64,000 bases of DNA. Source: Candidatus Geohabitans tengchongensis. Its GTDB lineage: Bacteria > Sysuimicrobiota > Sysuimicrobiia > Sysuimicrobiales > Humicultoraceae. Of the stretch, positions 47,083 to 57,294 are shown piece after piece; within the stretch, counting starts at the first letter, position 1, and each line of letters opens with the position of its first letter. The notes beneath the pieces are model-generated. The model searched no databases and was not told where the DNA came from. It worked only from the letters and a program-made list of their open reading frames with translations. Both the position numbers and the translations under genes were made by a program. The DNA lies in assembly GCA_031459625.1 (NCBI GenBank), contig JAVKIH010000002.1, positions 137,272 through 201,271 on the forward strand, read 5' to 3'.

Positions 47083-47368
47083 GGCGCACACCTCCCTGGA
47101 TTCTGGCATCGGGTCGGGCGGTCCGCCCCAGGCGGCCCGCCCGGAGAAGAGTTTCCCCCGCCCCGGGGACCGGCTAACTCCTCCGCCCGACAGAGGGGCC
47201 GGAGCGGATCGGACAGAGGAGTTCCCCCGAACCGCCATCGAGACAGCCGGGAAGTGGCCGCAGGGTGCATGGAGGCTGCGGGGCCGACGGCTGGCAGGGG
47301 GCAGGGGCGCGGCGATGAAGCAGGCCCCGACGACTGGCAGGGGCGCGGCGGCGGGCAGGCGAAGAGTG

Positions 47369-48418
47369 ATGCGACCGAGAGCGATGTCCCGCTGCTACTG
47401 CGTCGTCGCGCTCCTCGTCGTCGCCGCGCTCGCGCTCCCCGACCCGACCGCCGCCGCCGAGGCCCAGACCGCCCTGGCCGCGGTCCTGGGAGCCTACCAC
47501 CGTCTCCACGACGAGCACCTGCAGCCGCTTGGCCCCGAGGTCCTGCTCACCCGCGCGCTGGCCGCAGCCTTCCGCCAGGTCAGGGTGGGGCGTCCCGTCC
47601 CGTCACCGGTGGTGGCCGACGTCGGCGAGGCGGGGCGTCCGGCAGGCGCCTTTGACCTGCGCGGCGACGAGGCCCGGGACCTGCAGCGGTTCCAGCAGGT
47701 CTTCCTGCTGGCCCTGGCGGGCGCGCCCCACCTCCCACCGTTGGTGGTGGGGCACGCGGCGATCCGCGGGATGACGCAGGCGTACCATGATCCCTACACC
47801 CGGCTGCTGGACGAGGACGGGGCTGCGGGGCCGCCGGTCCCCGGACGGACGGCCGTCACTGTCCGCGCCCTCGACGGCGGGCTGGCGCACCTGGTCGTGC
47901 CGACCCTGGCGGGGGCCGTGCCGCGTCAGGCCCTGCAGGCCATCACCGCGCTGCAGGCCCGCGGGACGCGAGGGCTGATCCTCGACCTGCGCGGCAACGG
48001 CGGAGGACCGGTCCTGGGCGCCATGCTGCTGGCCGGCCCGTTCCTGCCCTCCGGGCCCGTGGCGCGGGCGCGCTACCGCAGCGGGCGGACCGTCCCCTAC
48101 CCTGTCCTGCCGGCGCGGCGGTTCGAGGGCGGCGTGGCGGTCCTGGTCGACGGGGGCACGGCGTCGGCGGCGGAGATCCTGGCCGCGGCGCTACAGGAGG
48201 AGGGCATCCCGCTGGTGGGCCGGCGGACGTACGGCAAGGCGCTGGTGCAGAGCGTGTGGCGCCTCCCCGACGGGGCGATCCTGCAGTACACGACTGCGCG
48301 CGTCCTCACCCCGCAGGGGCGGGACCTGGGCGATCACGGGCTCGCCCCCGACGTAGCGGTGGCCCGGGGTGAGGACCCGCTGGCCGCCGCGGCCGCGCTG
48401 CTGCGGGCGCGGCCCTGA
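47369..48418 (+). CDS. S41 family peptidase lacking a PDZ domain
   Basis: Signal-like N-terminus, DPYT, LDLRGNGGG, TASAAE, TYGKALVQ; start uncertain. Confidence 0.8.
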   Translation: MRPRAMSRCYCVVALLVVAALALPDPTAAAEAQTALAAVLGAYHRLHDEHLQPLGPEVLLTRALAAAFRQVRVGRPVPSPVVADVGEAGRPAGAFDLRGDEARDLQRFQQVFLLALAGAPHLPPLVVGHAAIRGMTQAYHDPYTRLLDEDGAAGPPVPGRTAVTVRALDGGLAHLVVPTLAGAVPRQALQAITALQARGTRGLILDLRGNGGGPVLGAMLLAGPFLPSGPVARARYRSGRTVPYPVLPARRFEGGVAVLVDGGTASAAEILAAALQEEGIPLVGRRTYGKALVQSVWRLPDGAILQYTTARVLTPQGRDLGDHGLAPDVAVARGEDPLAAAAALLRARP

Positions 48419-48421
48419 GGG

Positions 48422-48469
48422 CTGAGGCCATACAGCGCGGTGTACTGCCTGAGGCCATACAGCGCGTTG
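48422..48469. repeat. Direct repeat CTGAGGCCATACAGCGCG x2, 27-bp period
   Basis: Copies at 48422-48439 and 48449-48466. Confidence 0.85.
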
Positions 48470-48495
48470 CGTTCCCTCCCGGGGTGTGCTAGACT
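48467..48495 (+). promoter_or_regulatory. Sigma70 promoter for the csp gene (TTGCGT-N17-TAGACT, extended -10)
   Basis: Implies a ~90-nt 5' UTR, typical of csp genes. Confidence 0.6.
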
Positions 48496-48594
48496 CCGCG
48501 CGGCAGGTAAGGCGCGGGGCGTCCCCGTACGTCAACAGCGCAGTATCTGTACGTCACCCGCCCAGGGCGGGACAAGAGGAAAGGGGTTGTCTCC

Positions 48595-48795
48595 ATGGCA
48601 ACTGGTACGGTCAAGTGGTTCAGCGCGGAGAAAGGCTACGGCTTCATCTCCGTGGAAGGCGGCAAGGACGTCTTCGTGCACTACACGGCGATTCAGGCCG
48701 ACGGCTTCCGGAACCTCCAGGAAGGCCAGGCGGTGCAGTTCGACATCGTCGAGGGGAAGAAGGGGCCGCAGGCCGCCAACGTGATCCCGCTCTAA
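48595..48795 (+). CDS. cspA: Cold shock protein
   Basis: GTVKWF, KGYGFI (RNP1), DVFVHY (RNP2), GPQAANV. Confidence 0.95.
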   Translation: MATGTVKWFSAEKGYGFISVEGGKDVFVHYTAIQADGFRNLQEGQAVQFDIVEGKKGPQAANVIPL

Positions 48796-48816
48796 GACGC
48801 ACCTGTCGGACCACGA

Positions 48817-48855
48817 CCGGGAAGCCCGGGCATGCCCCGGGCTTCCGGCATTTCT
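48817..48855 (+). terminator. Intrinsic terminator after csp
   Basis: gaagcccggg-catgc-cccgggcttc followed by atttct. Confidence 0.7.
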
Positions 48856-48921
48856 CAGCCCCCGGGACACATCCCCCGGGAGACAAGGAAGTGGCCGGCG
48901 GGAGGTGAAGTAGCCGAGCCG

Positions 48922-49194
48922 ATGGGACTGCTCGGTCTGGTGCAGCTCCTCTTCCGGCTCGTCTACCTCCTGCTGCTGGCCCGGGTGGTGATGTCGTGGG
49001 TCTTCCCGCGCGGTGTCGACCACCCCGTGGCGCTGGCGATCTACCGGCTCACCGACCCCATCCTCGAACCGCTGCGCCGGCTCGTCCCCCCCATCGGCGG
49101 CCTCGACATCTCCCCCATCCTGGCGTTCCTGGTCCTGGGCCTCCTCGAGCGGCTGGTCGTGGAGGCGCTGGTGGCCTCAGGGCTGGCCTTCTGA
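48922..49194 (+). CDS. YggT family membrane protein
   Basis: RVVMSW, LTDPILEPLRR..P.IGGLDISPILA. Confidence 0.9.
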   Translation: MGLLGLVQLLFRLVYLLLLARVVMSWVFPRGVDHPVALAIYRLTDPILEPLRRLVPPIGGLDISPILAFLVLGLLERLVVEALVASGLAF

Positions 49195-50406
49195 GTCCCC
49201 GTCCCGTCGGTAGCGCCTGCGCCCCCGCGGGAGGCCCGGCACCGTGAGCGCTCCCAGCGCCAGGAGGGCCAGGGTGACGGTGAGGGTGCGCTGCAGGCCC
49301 ACCGCGTCGGCGACGGCACCGAAGAGGGTGAGGGTGAGGGCGGCCACGCCCCAGGCCAGACCCATGACGATGCTCGAGGCCAGGCCGGCGTGCTGCGGCA
49401 GGACCTCCTGGGCCATGACGATGGTCACCGGCGCGGAGAGGTAGATGATCACGCCGGCCACCGGCAGGAGGGCGAGGCGCCACCCCACCGGGGCCTGGAG
49501 GTAGAGCGCGAGGAGCGGCAGCGCGAGCAGGAAGGAGAGGGCCAGCACGGCCCGCCGGCCCCACCGGTCGGCCAGCATGCCGCCCGTGACACCTCCGATG
49601 GCGCCGATGCCCCCGAAGAGGAAGACGGCGGTGCCGCCCATGACCAGCGACACCCCCTGCTGCCGAAGCAGCAGCGGCAGGAAGGTCAGGAACGTCAGCG
49701 TCACGATGCTCCGGACGACCACGTAGGCCCACAGCAGTCCCAGCGTGCGGCGCTCCAGCGCCAGCGCCGACCCGAGCGTGCCGCGCCGCGCGGGCGGGGC
49801 CGTGGGCCAGCGGGCGACGGCCAGCGCCAGGGCTGCCGCCGCCACCACCCCGGGGAGGGCCGCCGCGCCTGTCGCGTCCAGGCCCTGCCACTGCACGATC
49901 GCCGAGATGTACAGGGGGCCCAGCGCGTAGGCCAGCTCGCCGCCGGCCACGAAGATGGAGAGCCCGGCGGCGCGCCGGTCGCCGCTCAGGTGGCCGGCCA
50001 GGGCCGCGCCCTGGGGGTGGAAGGCGGCGGTGCCGAGGCCGGCGGCGAAGAGCGCCAGGACGAGCACCTGGTACGCCGGCAGGAGCCCCAGCAGCGCCAT
50101 CGCCGCCACGGTCAGCGCCGGACCCACGGCGGCCAGCACGCCGGTGCGCAGGCGGTCGGCGAGCAGGCCGAAGAGGGGCTGCGCCAGAGCCGCCGCCGTG
50201 TTGAGGATCGTGCCGAGCAGGCCGGCCAGCGCCAGGCTGAGGTCGAAGCGCGCGACCACCAGCGGCAGGAGCGGGGCCAGCCAGCTCATGTGGAAGTCGT
50301 TGAGGAAGTGGTTGGCCGTCACCCCGAGCAGGCGGCGGAGGTCGGGCGCGCGCGGCGGAGCGACGGGAGGCACGGCTGGAGCCGGACGGGTCGGTGCGAG
50401 GGACAC
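49177..50406 (-). CDS. MFS transporter (Fsr-like)
   Basis: HFLND, QPLFG.LADR, AAFHP.G, ADRWGRR; TATAAT 7 nt upstream of GTG 50406 (alternative ATG 50415). Confidence 0.85.
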   Translation of the reverse strand: MSLAPTRPAPAVPPVAPPRAPDLRRLLGVTANHFLNDFHMSWLAPLLPLVVARFDLSLALAGLLGTILNTAAALAQPLFGLLADRLRTGVLAAVGPALTVAAMALLGLLPAYQVLVLALFAAGLGTAAFHPQGAALAGHLSGDRRAAGLSIFVAGGELAYALGPLYISAIVQWQGLDATGAAALPGVVAAAALALAVARWPTAPPARRGTLGSALALERRTLGLLWAYVVVRSIVTLTFLTFLPLLLRQQGVSLVMGGTAVFLFGGIGAIGGVTGGMLADRWGRRAVLALSFLLALPLLALYLQAPVGWRLALLPVAGVIIYLSAPVTIVMAQEVLPQHAGLASSIVMGLAWGVAALTLTLFGAVADAVGLQRTLTVTLALLALGALTVPGLPRGRRRYRRDGDSEGQP

Positions 50407-50481
50407 GCCGCCCATTATACCGGAGGTCCCCCACGCGACGAGGAGACGGCGCGCGCGGCCGGCGAATCCCTTGGCGGAACC

Positions 50482-53376
50482 ATGACGACGGAGACGCTCG
50501 CCCGACGGCTGCGCGAAGCCGTCCGCGGGGAGGTGCGCTTCGACGCCTTCTCCCGCGTCCTCTACAGCACCGACGCCTCGATCTACCAGATCCTGCCCAT
50601 CGGCGTGGTCCTGCCCCGCGACGCCGACGACATCGCCGCGGCGCTGCGGGTCTGCGCCGACGCCGGCGTGCCGGTGCTCCCGCGCGGGGCCGGCACCAGC
50701 CTGGCCGGCCAGACGGTCGGGCGGGCCGTGGTGCTGGACTGCTCGCGCCACATGGACCGCATCCTGGAGGTCGACCCGGCGGAGCGGCGGGCGCGGGTCG
50801 AGCCCGGCGTCGTGCAGGACGTCCTGAACCAAGCCGTGGCCCCCTACGGCCTGCGCCTGGGCCCCGACACGGCCACGAGCAACCGGGCCACGCTCGGCGG
50901 GATGATCGGCAACAACTCCGCGGGCGCCCGCTCCATCGTCTACGGGAAGATGGTCGACCACGTCGAGCGCCTGCGCGTGCTGCTGGCCGACGGCACCGAA
51001 CTCCACCTGGGGCCGCTGGACGACGCGGCGCTGGCGGCCGTCCGCGCCCGCCCGTCCCGCGAGGGGCGGCTGGTGGACACCGTCCTGCGCCTGGTCGAGG
51101 CCCACCGCGACGAGATCGACCGCCGCTACCCCAGGCTCCTGCGGCGCGTCGCCGGCTACAACCTGCCCGAGCTGCTCCTGCGGCCCTTCAACCTGGCCCG
51201 CCTGATCGTCGGCTCCGAAGGGACACTGGGCGTCGTCACCGAGGCCACGGTGCGCCTCGTCCCCCGCCCGCGCCACACCGCCCTGGCCGTGGTCCACTTC
51301 GCCGACCTGCTGGAGGCGCTGGAGGCCACGCAGGTCATCCTGCCCCACGGCCCCTCGGCGGTGGAGCTGCTCGACCGCATGATCCTGGAGATGACCCGCG
51401 CCCAGCTGGAGTACGCCCGCCGCCTCACCTTCGTGCAGGGGGAGCCGGAGGCGCTGCTCATCGTGGAGTTCAGCGGGGAGCGCCGGGAGGAGGCGCTGGA
51501 GCGCCTCGACGCCATGACGCGCGCGCTGGCGGCGGCCCGGATGGGGTACGCGGTCGTGCCCGCCGTGGAGGCGGCCGAGCAGGACAACATCTGGCGCGTG
51601 CGCAAGGCCGGCCAGGGGCTGCTGCAGGGGGTGAAGGGCGACACCAAGCCCATCACCTTCGTCGAGGACACGGCGGTCCCGCCGGCGGTCCTGGCCCCCT
51701 ACATCCGGCGCCTGCGGGCGATCCTGGAGGCGCACGGCCTGCGCGCGGCCGTCTACGCCCACGCCAGCGTCGGCTGCCTGCACGTCCGCCCCCTCATCAA
51801 CTTGAAGGACGCGCAGCAGGTGGCCACGATGCGCGCTGTCGCCGAGGCGGTGGGGGAGCTGGTCCTGGAGTTCGGCGGGGCGATGAGCGGCGAGCACGGG
51901 GACGGGTTGGTGCGCGGCTGGTTCCTGGAGCGCTACTTCGGGCCGGTGGTCTACGACCTCTTCCGCCACATCAAGCGCGCCTTCGACCCGCAGGGGCTGA
52001 TGAACCCCGGGAAGATCGTGGACGCCCCACCCATGACCGAGGACCTGCGCTACGGCCCCGGCTACCGCACGATCGCCGTCCCCACCGTCTTCGACTGGAG
52101 CCGCGACGGGGGGTTCGCCGCCGCGGTGGAGCTGTGCAGCGGCGTGGGCGCCTGCCGCAAGACCACCGACGGCGTCATGTGCCCCTCCTACATGGCGACG
52201 CGCGAGGAGGAGCACAGCACGCGCGGGCGCGCCAACCTGCTGCGGGCGGTCCTCTCCGGGGTGCTGCCGCCCGAGGAACTCACCGGGCGCCGCCTGTACG
52301 AGGCCCTCGACCTCTGCCTGGAGTGCAAGGGGTGCAAGGCGGAGTGCCCGGCCAACGTGGACATGGCCAAGATGAAGTACGAGTTCCTGGCCCGCTACCA
52401 CGAGGCGCACGGCACGCCCCTGCGCGCCCGCCTCTTCGCCCACGTCCACACCCTGAGCCGCTGGGGCGCCGCGGCGGCCCCCCTCGCCGGGGCGCTGGCC
52501 CGCTCCACCCCGGTGCGCTGGGCGCTGGACCGGTTCCTGGGGATCGACCGGCGGCGGCCGCTGCCGCCGCTGGCCCGCCCCACCTTCGACCGCTGGTGGC
52601 ACCGGCGCAACGGGACCGCTCCGGCGCCGGACGCGCCGCGCGTGGCGCTCTTTGCCGACACCTTCACGCGCTTCACCGTGCCCGAAGTGGGGCGGGCGGC
52701 GGTGCAGGTGCTGGAGGCCCTGGGCTACCGGGTGGAGGTGCCGGCGGTGGGGTGCTGCGGGCGGCCGATGATCAGCAAGGGCCTCCTGCGGGAGGCGCGC
52801 CGCGCCGCCGAAGCCAACGTCCGCCGCCTCCTCCCCTACGCGGCCGCGGGAATCCCCATCGTCGGGCTGGAGCCCTCCTGCCTGCTCACCTTCCGCGACG
52901 AGGTGCCGGACCTGCTGCCGGGCGAGGACACGCGCACCCTGGCCGCGCACGCCGTCCTCATCGACGAGTTCTTGGCCCGCCACCTCGAGGCGTCGCCCGC
53001 GGGGCTGGGCGCGGTGGGGGACGGGCGCCGGGTACTGCTGCACCCGCACTGCCACCAGCGGGCGGCGGTGGGGACCGGGCCTGCTACGGCAGTGCTGCGG
53101 GCGGCGGGGTTCGCGGTGGACGTGGTGGACTCGGGGTGCTGCGGGATGGCCGGCGCCTTCGGGTACGAACGGGAGCACTACGCGCTCTCCATGGCCATCG
53201 CCGAACGCCGCCTGCTCCCGGCGGTGCGCGCGCTCCCCCCCGAGGTGGAGGTGGTGGCGATGGGCATCTCCTGCCGCCAGCAGATCGCCCACGGGACGGG
53301 TCGGCGGGCGAAGCACCTGGTGGAGGTGCTCGCCGGCGACGCGGGCCGCAGCGCCGTCCGGGCGGCGAGAGCCTAA
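50482..53376 (+). CDS. FAD-binding and (Fe-S)-binding oxidoreductase (GlcD/GlpC fusion, YdiJ-like)
   Basis: RGAGTSLAGQ, GSEGTLG, SGEHGDG, CSGVGAC, CLECKGCKAECP, CCG motifs. Confidence 0.92.
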   Translation: MTTETLARRLREAVRGEVRFDAFSRVLYSTDASIYQILPIGVVLPRDADDIAAALRVCADAGVPVLPRGAGTSLAGQTVGRAVVLDCSRHMDRILEVDPAERRARVEPGVVQDVLNQAVAPYGLRLGPDTATSNRATLGGMIGNNSAGARSIVYGKMVDHVERLRVLLADGTELHLGPLDDAALAAVRARPSREGRLVDTVLRLVEAHRDEIDRRYPRLLRRVAGYNLPELLLRPFNLARLIVGSEGTLGVVTEATVRLVPRPRHTALAVVHFADLLEALEATQVILPHGPSAVELLDRMILEMTRAQLEYARRLTFVQGEPEALLIVEFSGERREEALERLDAMTRALAAARMGYAVVPAVEAAEQDNIWRVRKAGQGLLQGVKGDTKPITFVEDTAVPPAVLAPYIRRLRAILEAHGLRAAVYAHASVGCLHVRPLINLKDAQQVATMRAVAEAVGELVLEFGGAMSGEHGDGLVRGWFLERYFGPVVYDLFRHIKRAFDPQGLMNPGKIVDAPPMTEDLRYGPGYRTIAVPTVFDWSRDGGFAAAVELCSGVGACRKTTDGVMCPSYMATREEEHSTRGRANLLRAVLSGVLPPEELTGRRLYEALDLCLECKGCKAECPANVDMAKMKYEFLARYHEAHGTPLRARLFAHVHTLSRWGAAAAPLAGALARSTPVRWALDRFLGIDRRRPLPPLARPTFDRWWHRRNGTAPAPDAPRVALFADTFTRFTVPEVGRAAVQVLEALGYRVEVPAVGCCGRPMISKGLLREARRAAEANVRRLLPYAAAGIPIVGLEPSCLLTFRDEVPDLLPGEDTRTLAAHAVLIDEFLARHLEASPAGLGAVGDGRRVLLHPHCHQRAAVGTGPATAVLRAAGFAVDVVDSGCCGMAGAFGYEREHYALSMAIAERRLLPAVRALPPEVEVVAMGISCRQQIAHGTGRRAKHLVEVLAGDAGRSAVRAARA

Positions 53377-53446
53377 GGGTCCGGAGCGGTCCCCGCTCGA
53401 TCTCCAACCCGCAACGCGTGTAGCGCGGACGACACCGCGGAGTCGG

Positions 53447-53483
53447 CCAACCCGCCGCGCGGCGCCTCTTGCGCGCGGCGGGG
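53447..53483. terminator. Hairpin between convergent genes
   Basis: cccgccgcgc...gcgcggcggg. Confidence 0.4.
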
Positions 53484-53517
53484 GTCGAGGCCGGCGGCCT
53501 CGGCCGGCACGAGCGCC

Positions 53518-54291
53518 TCAGCCAACGCGCCGCGCTCCCCGGCCCGCGCGGGCGCCCGCCGGCTCGCCCGCGCGCACCAGCGCGGCGAAGCGGCGGGCGT
53601 CCTCCCACATGGCCACGTTGTTGAAGAGGACGTACGTCTCGCCGCGGCAGCGGGCGCGCAGGAGGGCCAGGTCGTCGTCGGTGTAGCGGTAGCGGTACCC
53701 GCCGCGCCCGTGCAACCGGTAGTAGCGCGGCCGACCGGCGACCGGCGACGCGACGAACGGGTCCACGGCGTGGATCAGGTCCAGCTCGCGGCACAGCGCG
53801 CGCACGAGGGTAGCCGGCCACGCACCGCGGGGCTCCCAGGCGAAGCGCAGGCCGTCCCGGTCGACCCGCGCGAAGAAGCGGCGCAGCCGCTCGACGTTGC
53901 CGTCGGAGGGGAGGAAGCTGGCCGGGCACTGGAAGAGGACCAGGCGGGCGCGCAGTACCCGGGCGATCTCCCGCGTCGCCTCCCAGGCCTGGGCCACCTC
54001 CTCGGTGGGGGCGAAGCTGCCGTAGCGGTCGTGGTGCGCCTCGGGGATGGCGCGGCCGAGGCGACGGTAGGTCGGGCTGGTGGGCGGGTGGGTGATGAGC
54101 TGCCAGGCCTTCAGGGTGAACTCGAAGGACTCCGGGACGCGCGCGCGCCACCGCGCCGCCGTGGCCGGGCGCGGCGGGCGGTAGAAGGTCTGCTGCACTT
54201 CCACCACCGGCATCTCACGGGCATAGAGGTCGAGCCGGCGGGGGAACCCGCAGCAGCCGACGCGGATGGCCTCGGGGCGTTGCACGGGCAT
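53518..54291 (-). CDS. DUF72 domain-containing protein
   Basis: VEVQQTFY, FTLKAWQLITH, FQCP.SF, WEPRG, YRLHG, FNN. Confidence 0.9.
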   Translation of the reverse strand: MPVQRPEAIRVGCCGFPRRLDLYAREMPVVEVQQTFYRPPRPATAARWRARVPESFEFTLKAWQLITHPPTSPTYRRLGRAIPEAHHDRYGSFAPTEEVAQAWEATREIARVLRARLVLFQCPASFLPSDGNVERLRRFFARVDRDGLRFAWEPRGAWPATLVRALCRELDLIHAVDPFVASPVAGRPRYYRLHGRGGYRYRYTDDDLALLRARCRGETYVLFNNVAMWEDARRFAALVRAGEPAGARAGRGARRVG

Positions 54292-54330
54292 GCGCTCGCG
54301 GCCCCCCTTCGCCGCGAGGGCGCAGGGCTC

Positions 54331-55083
54331 CTACGGACCGCCCCTCCCGGCGCGGCGGCGCCGCAGCACGCCGCGCACCGCCTCCAGGCTCACGCCGCGC
54401 TCGACCAGCAGCACCAGGGTGTGGTAGAGGAGGTCGGCCGCCTCCTCGGCCACCCGCTCATCGCGCTCGGCGACGGCCGCGCGCACGAGTTCTCCGGCCT
54501 CCTCACGGACCTTCGCCCCGATGCGCGCGCGCCCGGCTCGCAGGAGGGCGGTGGTGTAGGACCCTGCGGGCAGCTCGGCACGGCGGCGGACGAGCAGCGC
54601 AAAGAGCTCGTCCAGGATGTCGGGCGCCGCTCCCCCGGGTGTCGCCGGCGGGAGGAGGGTCGAACCATCGGGAGCGCGGAAGAAGCAGGAAGGCTCGCCG
54701 GTGTGGCAGGCGGGGCCGGTCTGGTCCACCAGCAGCAGCAGAGCGTCGCCGTCGCAGTCCACCCGCACCTCGCGCACCGTCTGGGTGTGGCCGGAGGTCT
54801 CGCCCTTGCGCCACAGCGCCGCTCGGCGGCGGCTCCAGTACCAGGCCTGCCCGGTGGCCAGCGTGCGCGCCAGCGCCTCGGCGTTCATCCACGCCACCAT
54901 GAGGATCCGACCGGTGCGCGCCTCCTGCGCGACGACCGGCAGAAGACCGTCCGGGCCGAACTGCACGGCGCGCGTCCGCGCGTCCTCCGCAGCCCGCGCG
55001 TCCTCGGCAGGCCGCCCATCCTCGACCGACCGCACCGGCATGGGGTCGGGCTGCGGCCTGCCGGCGGCGTCCGTCCCGCTCAT
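54331..55083 (-). CDS. hisIE: Bifunctional PR-AMP cyclohydrolase / PR-ATP pyrophosphatase
   Basis: [40 protein letters not shown]. Confidence 0.92.
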   Translation of the reverse strand: MSGTDAAGRPQPDPMPVRSVEDGRPAEDARAAEDARTRAVQFGPDGLLPVVAQEARTGRILMVAWMNAEALARTLATGQAWYWSRRRAALWRKGETSGHTQTVREVRVDCDGDALLLLVDQTGPACHTGEPSCFFRAPDGSTLLPPATPGGAAPDILDELFALLVRRRAELPAGSYTTALLRAGRARIGAKVREEAGELVRAAVAERDERVAEEAADLLYHTLVLLVERGVSLEAVRGVLRRRRAGRGGP

Positions 55084-55868
55084 GGGATCGGTCCTCCCAC
55101 CGGCGTCTCCCGGCGCACCGCCACGCCCCGCGCCTCCAGGTAGCGCTTCACCTCGTCGATGCGCACCGCCCCCGTGTGGAAGATGGACGCGGCCAGGGCG
55201 GCATCGGCCTTGCCCGCGGTGAGGACGGCGTGGACGTGCTCCGGGGTCCCCGCCCCGCCCGAGGCGATGACCGGGATCGCCACGGCCTCGGCGACGGCGC
55301 GCGTGAGCGCCAGGTCGTAGCCCTCCTGGGTGCCGTCGCGGTCGATGCTCGTCAGCAGGATCTCCCCGGCGCCCCGCGCGGCCACCTCCTGCGCCCACGC
55401 CACCGCGTCCCGCCCGGTGGGGCGGCGGCCGCCGTGGGTGTAGACCTCCCACCCGTCGCCGGCGGCGCGCCGCTTCGCGTCGATGGCCACGACCACGCAC
55501 TGGCTGCCGAAGCGGTCGGCCGCCTCCTCGACCAGCGCCGGGTCGGCCACCGCCGCCGTGTTGACCGCCACCTTGTCCGCGCCCGCCCGCAGGAGCCGCC
55601 GCACGTCCTCCACCGAGCGCACCCCGCCGCCGACGGTCAGCGGGATGGTGAGACGGGCCGCGGCCGCCCGCACCGCCGCCTCGAGCGTCTCCCGGCCCTC
55701 CACGGAGGCCGTGATGTCGAGGAAGACCACCTCGTCCGCGCCCTCCCGGTCGTAGAGCGCGGCCAGCTCGGCGGGGTCGCCGGCGTCACGCAGGTTCACG
55801 AAGCGGACACCCTTCACCACCCGGCCGGCATCCACGTCCAGGCAGGGGATGATGCGCGCGGCTACCAT
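55080..55868 (-). CDS. hisF: Imidazole glycerol phosphate synthase cyclase subunit
   Basis: [35 protein letters not shown]. Confidence 0.95.
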   Translation of the reverse strand: MVAARIIPCLDVDAGRVVKGVRFVNLRDAGDPAELAALYDREGADEVVFLDITASVEGRETLEAAVRAAAARLTIPLTVGGGVRSVEDVRRLLRAGADKVAVNTAAVADPALVEEAADRFGSQCVVVAIDAKRRAAGDGWEVYTHGGRRPTGRDAVAWAQEVAARGAGEILLTSIDRDGTQEGYDLALTRAVAEAVAIPVIASGGAGTPEHVHAVLTAGKADAALAASIFHTGAVRIDEVKRYLEARGVAVRRETPVGGPIP

Positions 55869-56608
55869 GCGCCTCCTCCCGTGGCCGTTCCCGTTCCGAC
55901 AGCCATCAGGTCAACCCGTCCCTCGTACAGCGCCCGGCCCACGATGGCCCCGGCCGCGCCCGCCTCCGCCAGCGCCGCCAGGTCCTCGGGGCGGCCCACG
56001 CCCCCGGCCGCCAGGACGGGGACCTGCACAGCCCGGCAGAAGGCCCGGACCGCCTCCACGTCCGGTCCTGTCAGCGTCCCGTCCCTGCTCACCGCCGTGT
56101 AGATGAAGCGCCGGATCCCCGCGTCGACCAGCCGCCGGGCCAGGTCGAGCGGGGCGTCCCCGGCCGCCCTCCACCCGTCCACCATCGCCCGCCCGCCCCG
56201 CACGTCCAGGGCCGCAGCGACCCGCTCGCCGAACCGCCCCGTCGCCGCAGGGGCCAGGGCCAGGGCGGCGGTGCCGAGCACCACGCGGGCCACGCCGGCA
56301 GCGAGCAGCCGCTCGACGTCCTCGAGCGTGCGCACGCCGCCGCCGGCCTGCACCGGCACGGGGACCGCCCGGGCGATCGCCTCGATGAGGTCGCGGTGCA
56401 CGGGACGGCCGGCGAAGGCGCCATCGAGGTCCACCACGTGCAGCCAGGGAGCGCCCCGCTGTGCCCAGGTCCGCGCCACCGCCACCGGGTCGCCACTGTA
56501 GACGCGCTCGCGGGCGGGATCCCCCTGGACGAGGCGGACGCAGCGGCCGGCGCGCAGGTCCACCGCCGGGATCACCGCGAACGTGCGGAGCGGCGCGGGG
56601 AGCGTCAT
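55862..56608 (-). CDS. hisA: ProFAR isomerase
   Basis: [37 protein letters not shown]. Confidence 0.93.
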   Translation of the reverse strand: MTLPAPLRTFAVIPAVDLRAGRCVRLVQGDPARERVYSGDPVAVARTWAQRGAPWLHVVDLDGAFAGRPVHRDLIEAIARAVPVPVQAGGGVRTLEDVERLLAAGVARVVLGTAALALAPAATGRFGERVAAALDVRGGRAMVDGWRAAGDAPLDLARRLVDAGIRRFIYTAVSRDGTLTGPDVEAVRAFCRAVQVPVLAAGGVGRPEDLAALAEAGAAGAIVGRALYEGRVDLMAVGTGTATGGGAW

Positions 56609-57294
56609 GGCACGGGCGCCGGATGGCGGGGCTCGCCGCCCAGCCGGCCCGCAGCGGCCAGGCGGACGATCCCTTCCAGCAGGCGGCGGCCGGTCGCCCC
56701 GCTCTTCTCCGGGTGGAACTGCACCCCGAGGAGCGCTCCACGGCCCACCACTGCCGCCACGGGGCCGCCGTAGTCGGTGACGGCCAGGACATCCTCCGTG
56801 CGGCCCGGGCGCACGACGTAGCTGTGGACGAAGTAGGCCCACGCGCCCTCGAGGCCGTCCAGCACCGGGTGCGCGGCCGTGCAGCGCAGGCGGTTCCAGC
56901 CCATGTGCGGGACCTTCAGCTCCGCCGGCAGCCGGACCACCTCGCCGGGGAGCAGCCCCAGCCCCTCCGCCCCGCCGCCTTCGCCGCTGCGCTCGAAGAG
57001 CAGCTGCATCCCCAGGCAGACGCCCAGCAGCGGGGTGCCCCGTCGCACCTCCTCCACCAGCCAGGCCGGAAACCCGGCGGCGGCCAGACGGGCCATGGCC
57101 GGCGGGAAGGCGCCCACACCGGGCAGCACCAGCAACGCCCACGGACCGGCTTCCGGCGCGGGCGCGGGCAACACCGTCACCGCCGCACCCGCGCGGGTGA
57201 GCGCGCCCACCAGGCTGAAGAGGTTGCCGGCCCCGTAGTCGATCACGCCGACGCGCGGGGCCTGCGGCACGGACGGGGCGCCCGGAGCGCTCAC
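56605..57294 (-). CDS. hisH: Imidazole glycerol phosphate synthase glutaminase subunit
   Basis: IDYGAGN, PGVG, GVCLGMQ, YFVHSY, QFHPEKS. Confidence 0.93.
   Translation of the reverse strand: MSAPGAPSVPQAPRVGVIDYGAGNLFSLVGALTRAGAAVTVLPAPAPEAGPWALLVLPGVGAFPPAMARLAAAGFPAWLVEEVRRGTPLLGVCLGMQLLFERSGEGGGAEGLGLLPGEVVRLPAELKVPHMGWNRLRCTAAHPVLDGLEGAWAYFVHSYVVRPGRTEDVLAVTDYGGPVAAVVGRGALLGVQFHPEKSGATGRRLLEGIVRLAAAGRLGGEPRHPAPVP

Noticed and set aside
47149..47229. GAGTT(T)CCCCCG twice, resembling the start of a type I-E CRISPR repeat
   Set aside because: Only two short degenerate copies, no full repeat and no cas genes.
49177..53316. 1379-aa minus-strand ORF (and 49390-53376 read from its far-upstream start)
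   Set aside because: Shadow of high-GC codon bias. Only the last ~410 aa are the MFS gene; the oxidoreductase starts at 50482.
54977..55010. 16-bp repeat at 18-bp period in the hisIE 5' extension (AEDAR x2); similar short duplications near 14226 and 63236
   Set aside because: Short slippage duplications in low-complexity termini or spacers, with no evidence of function.
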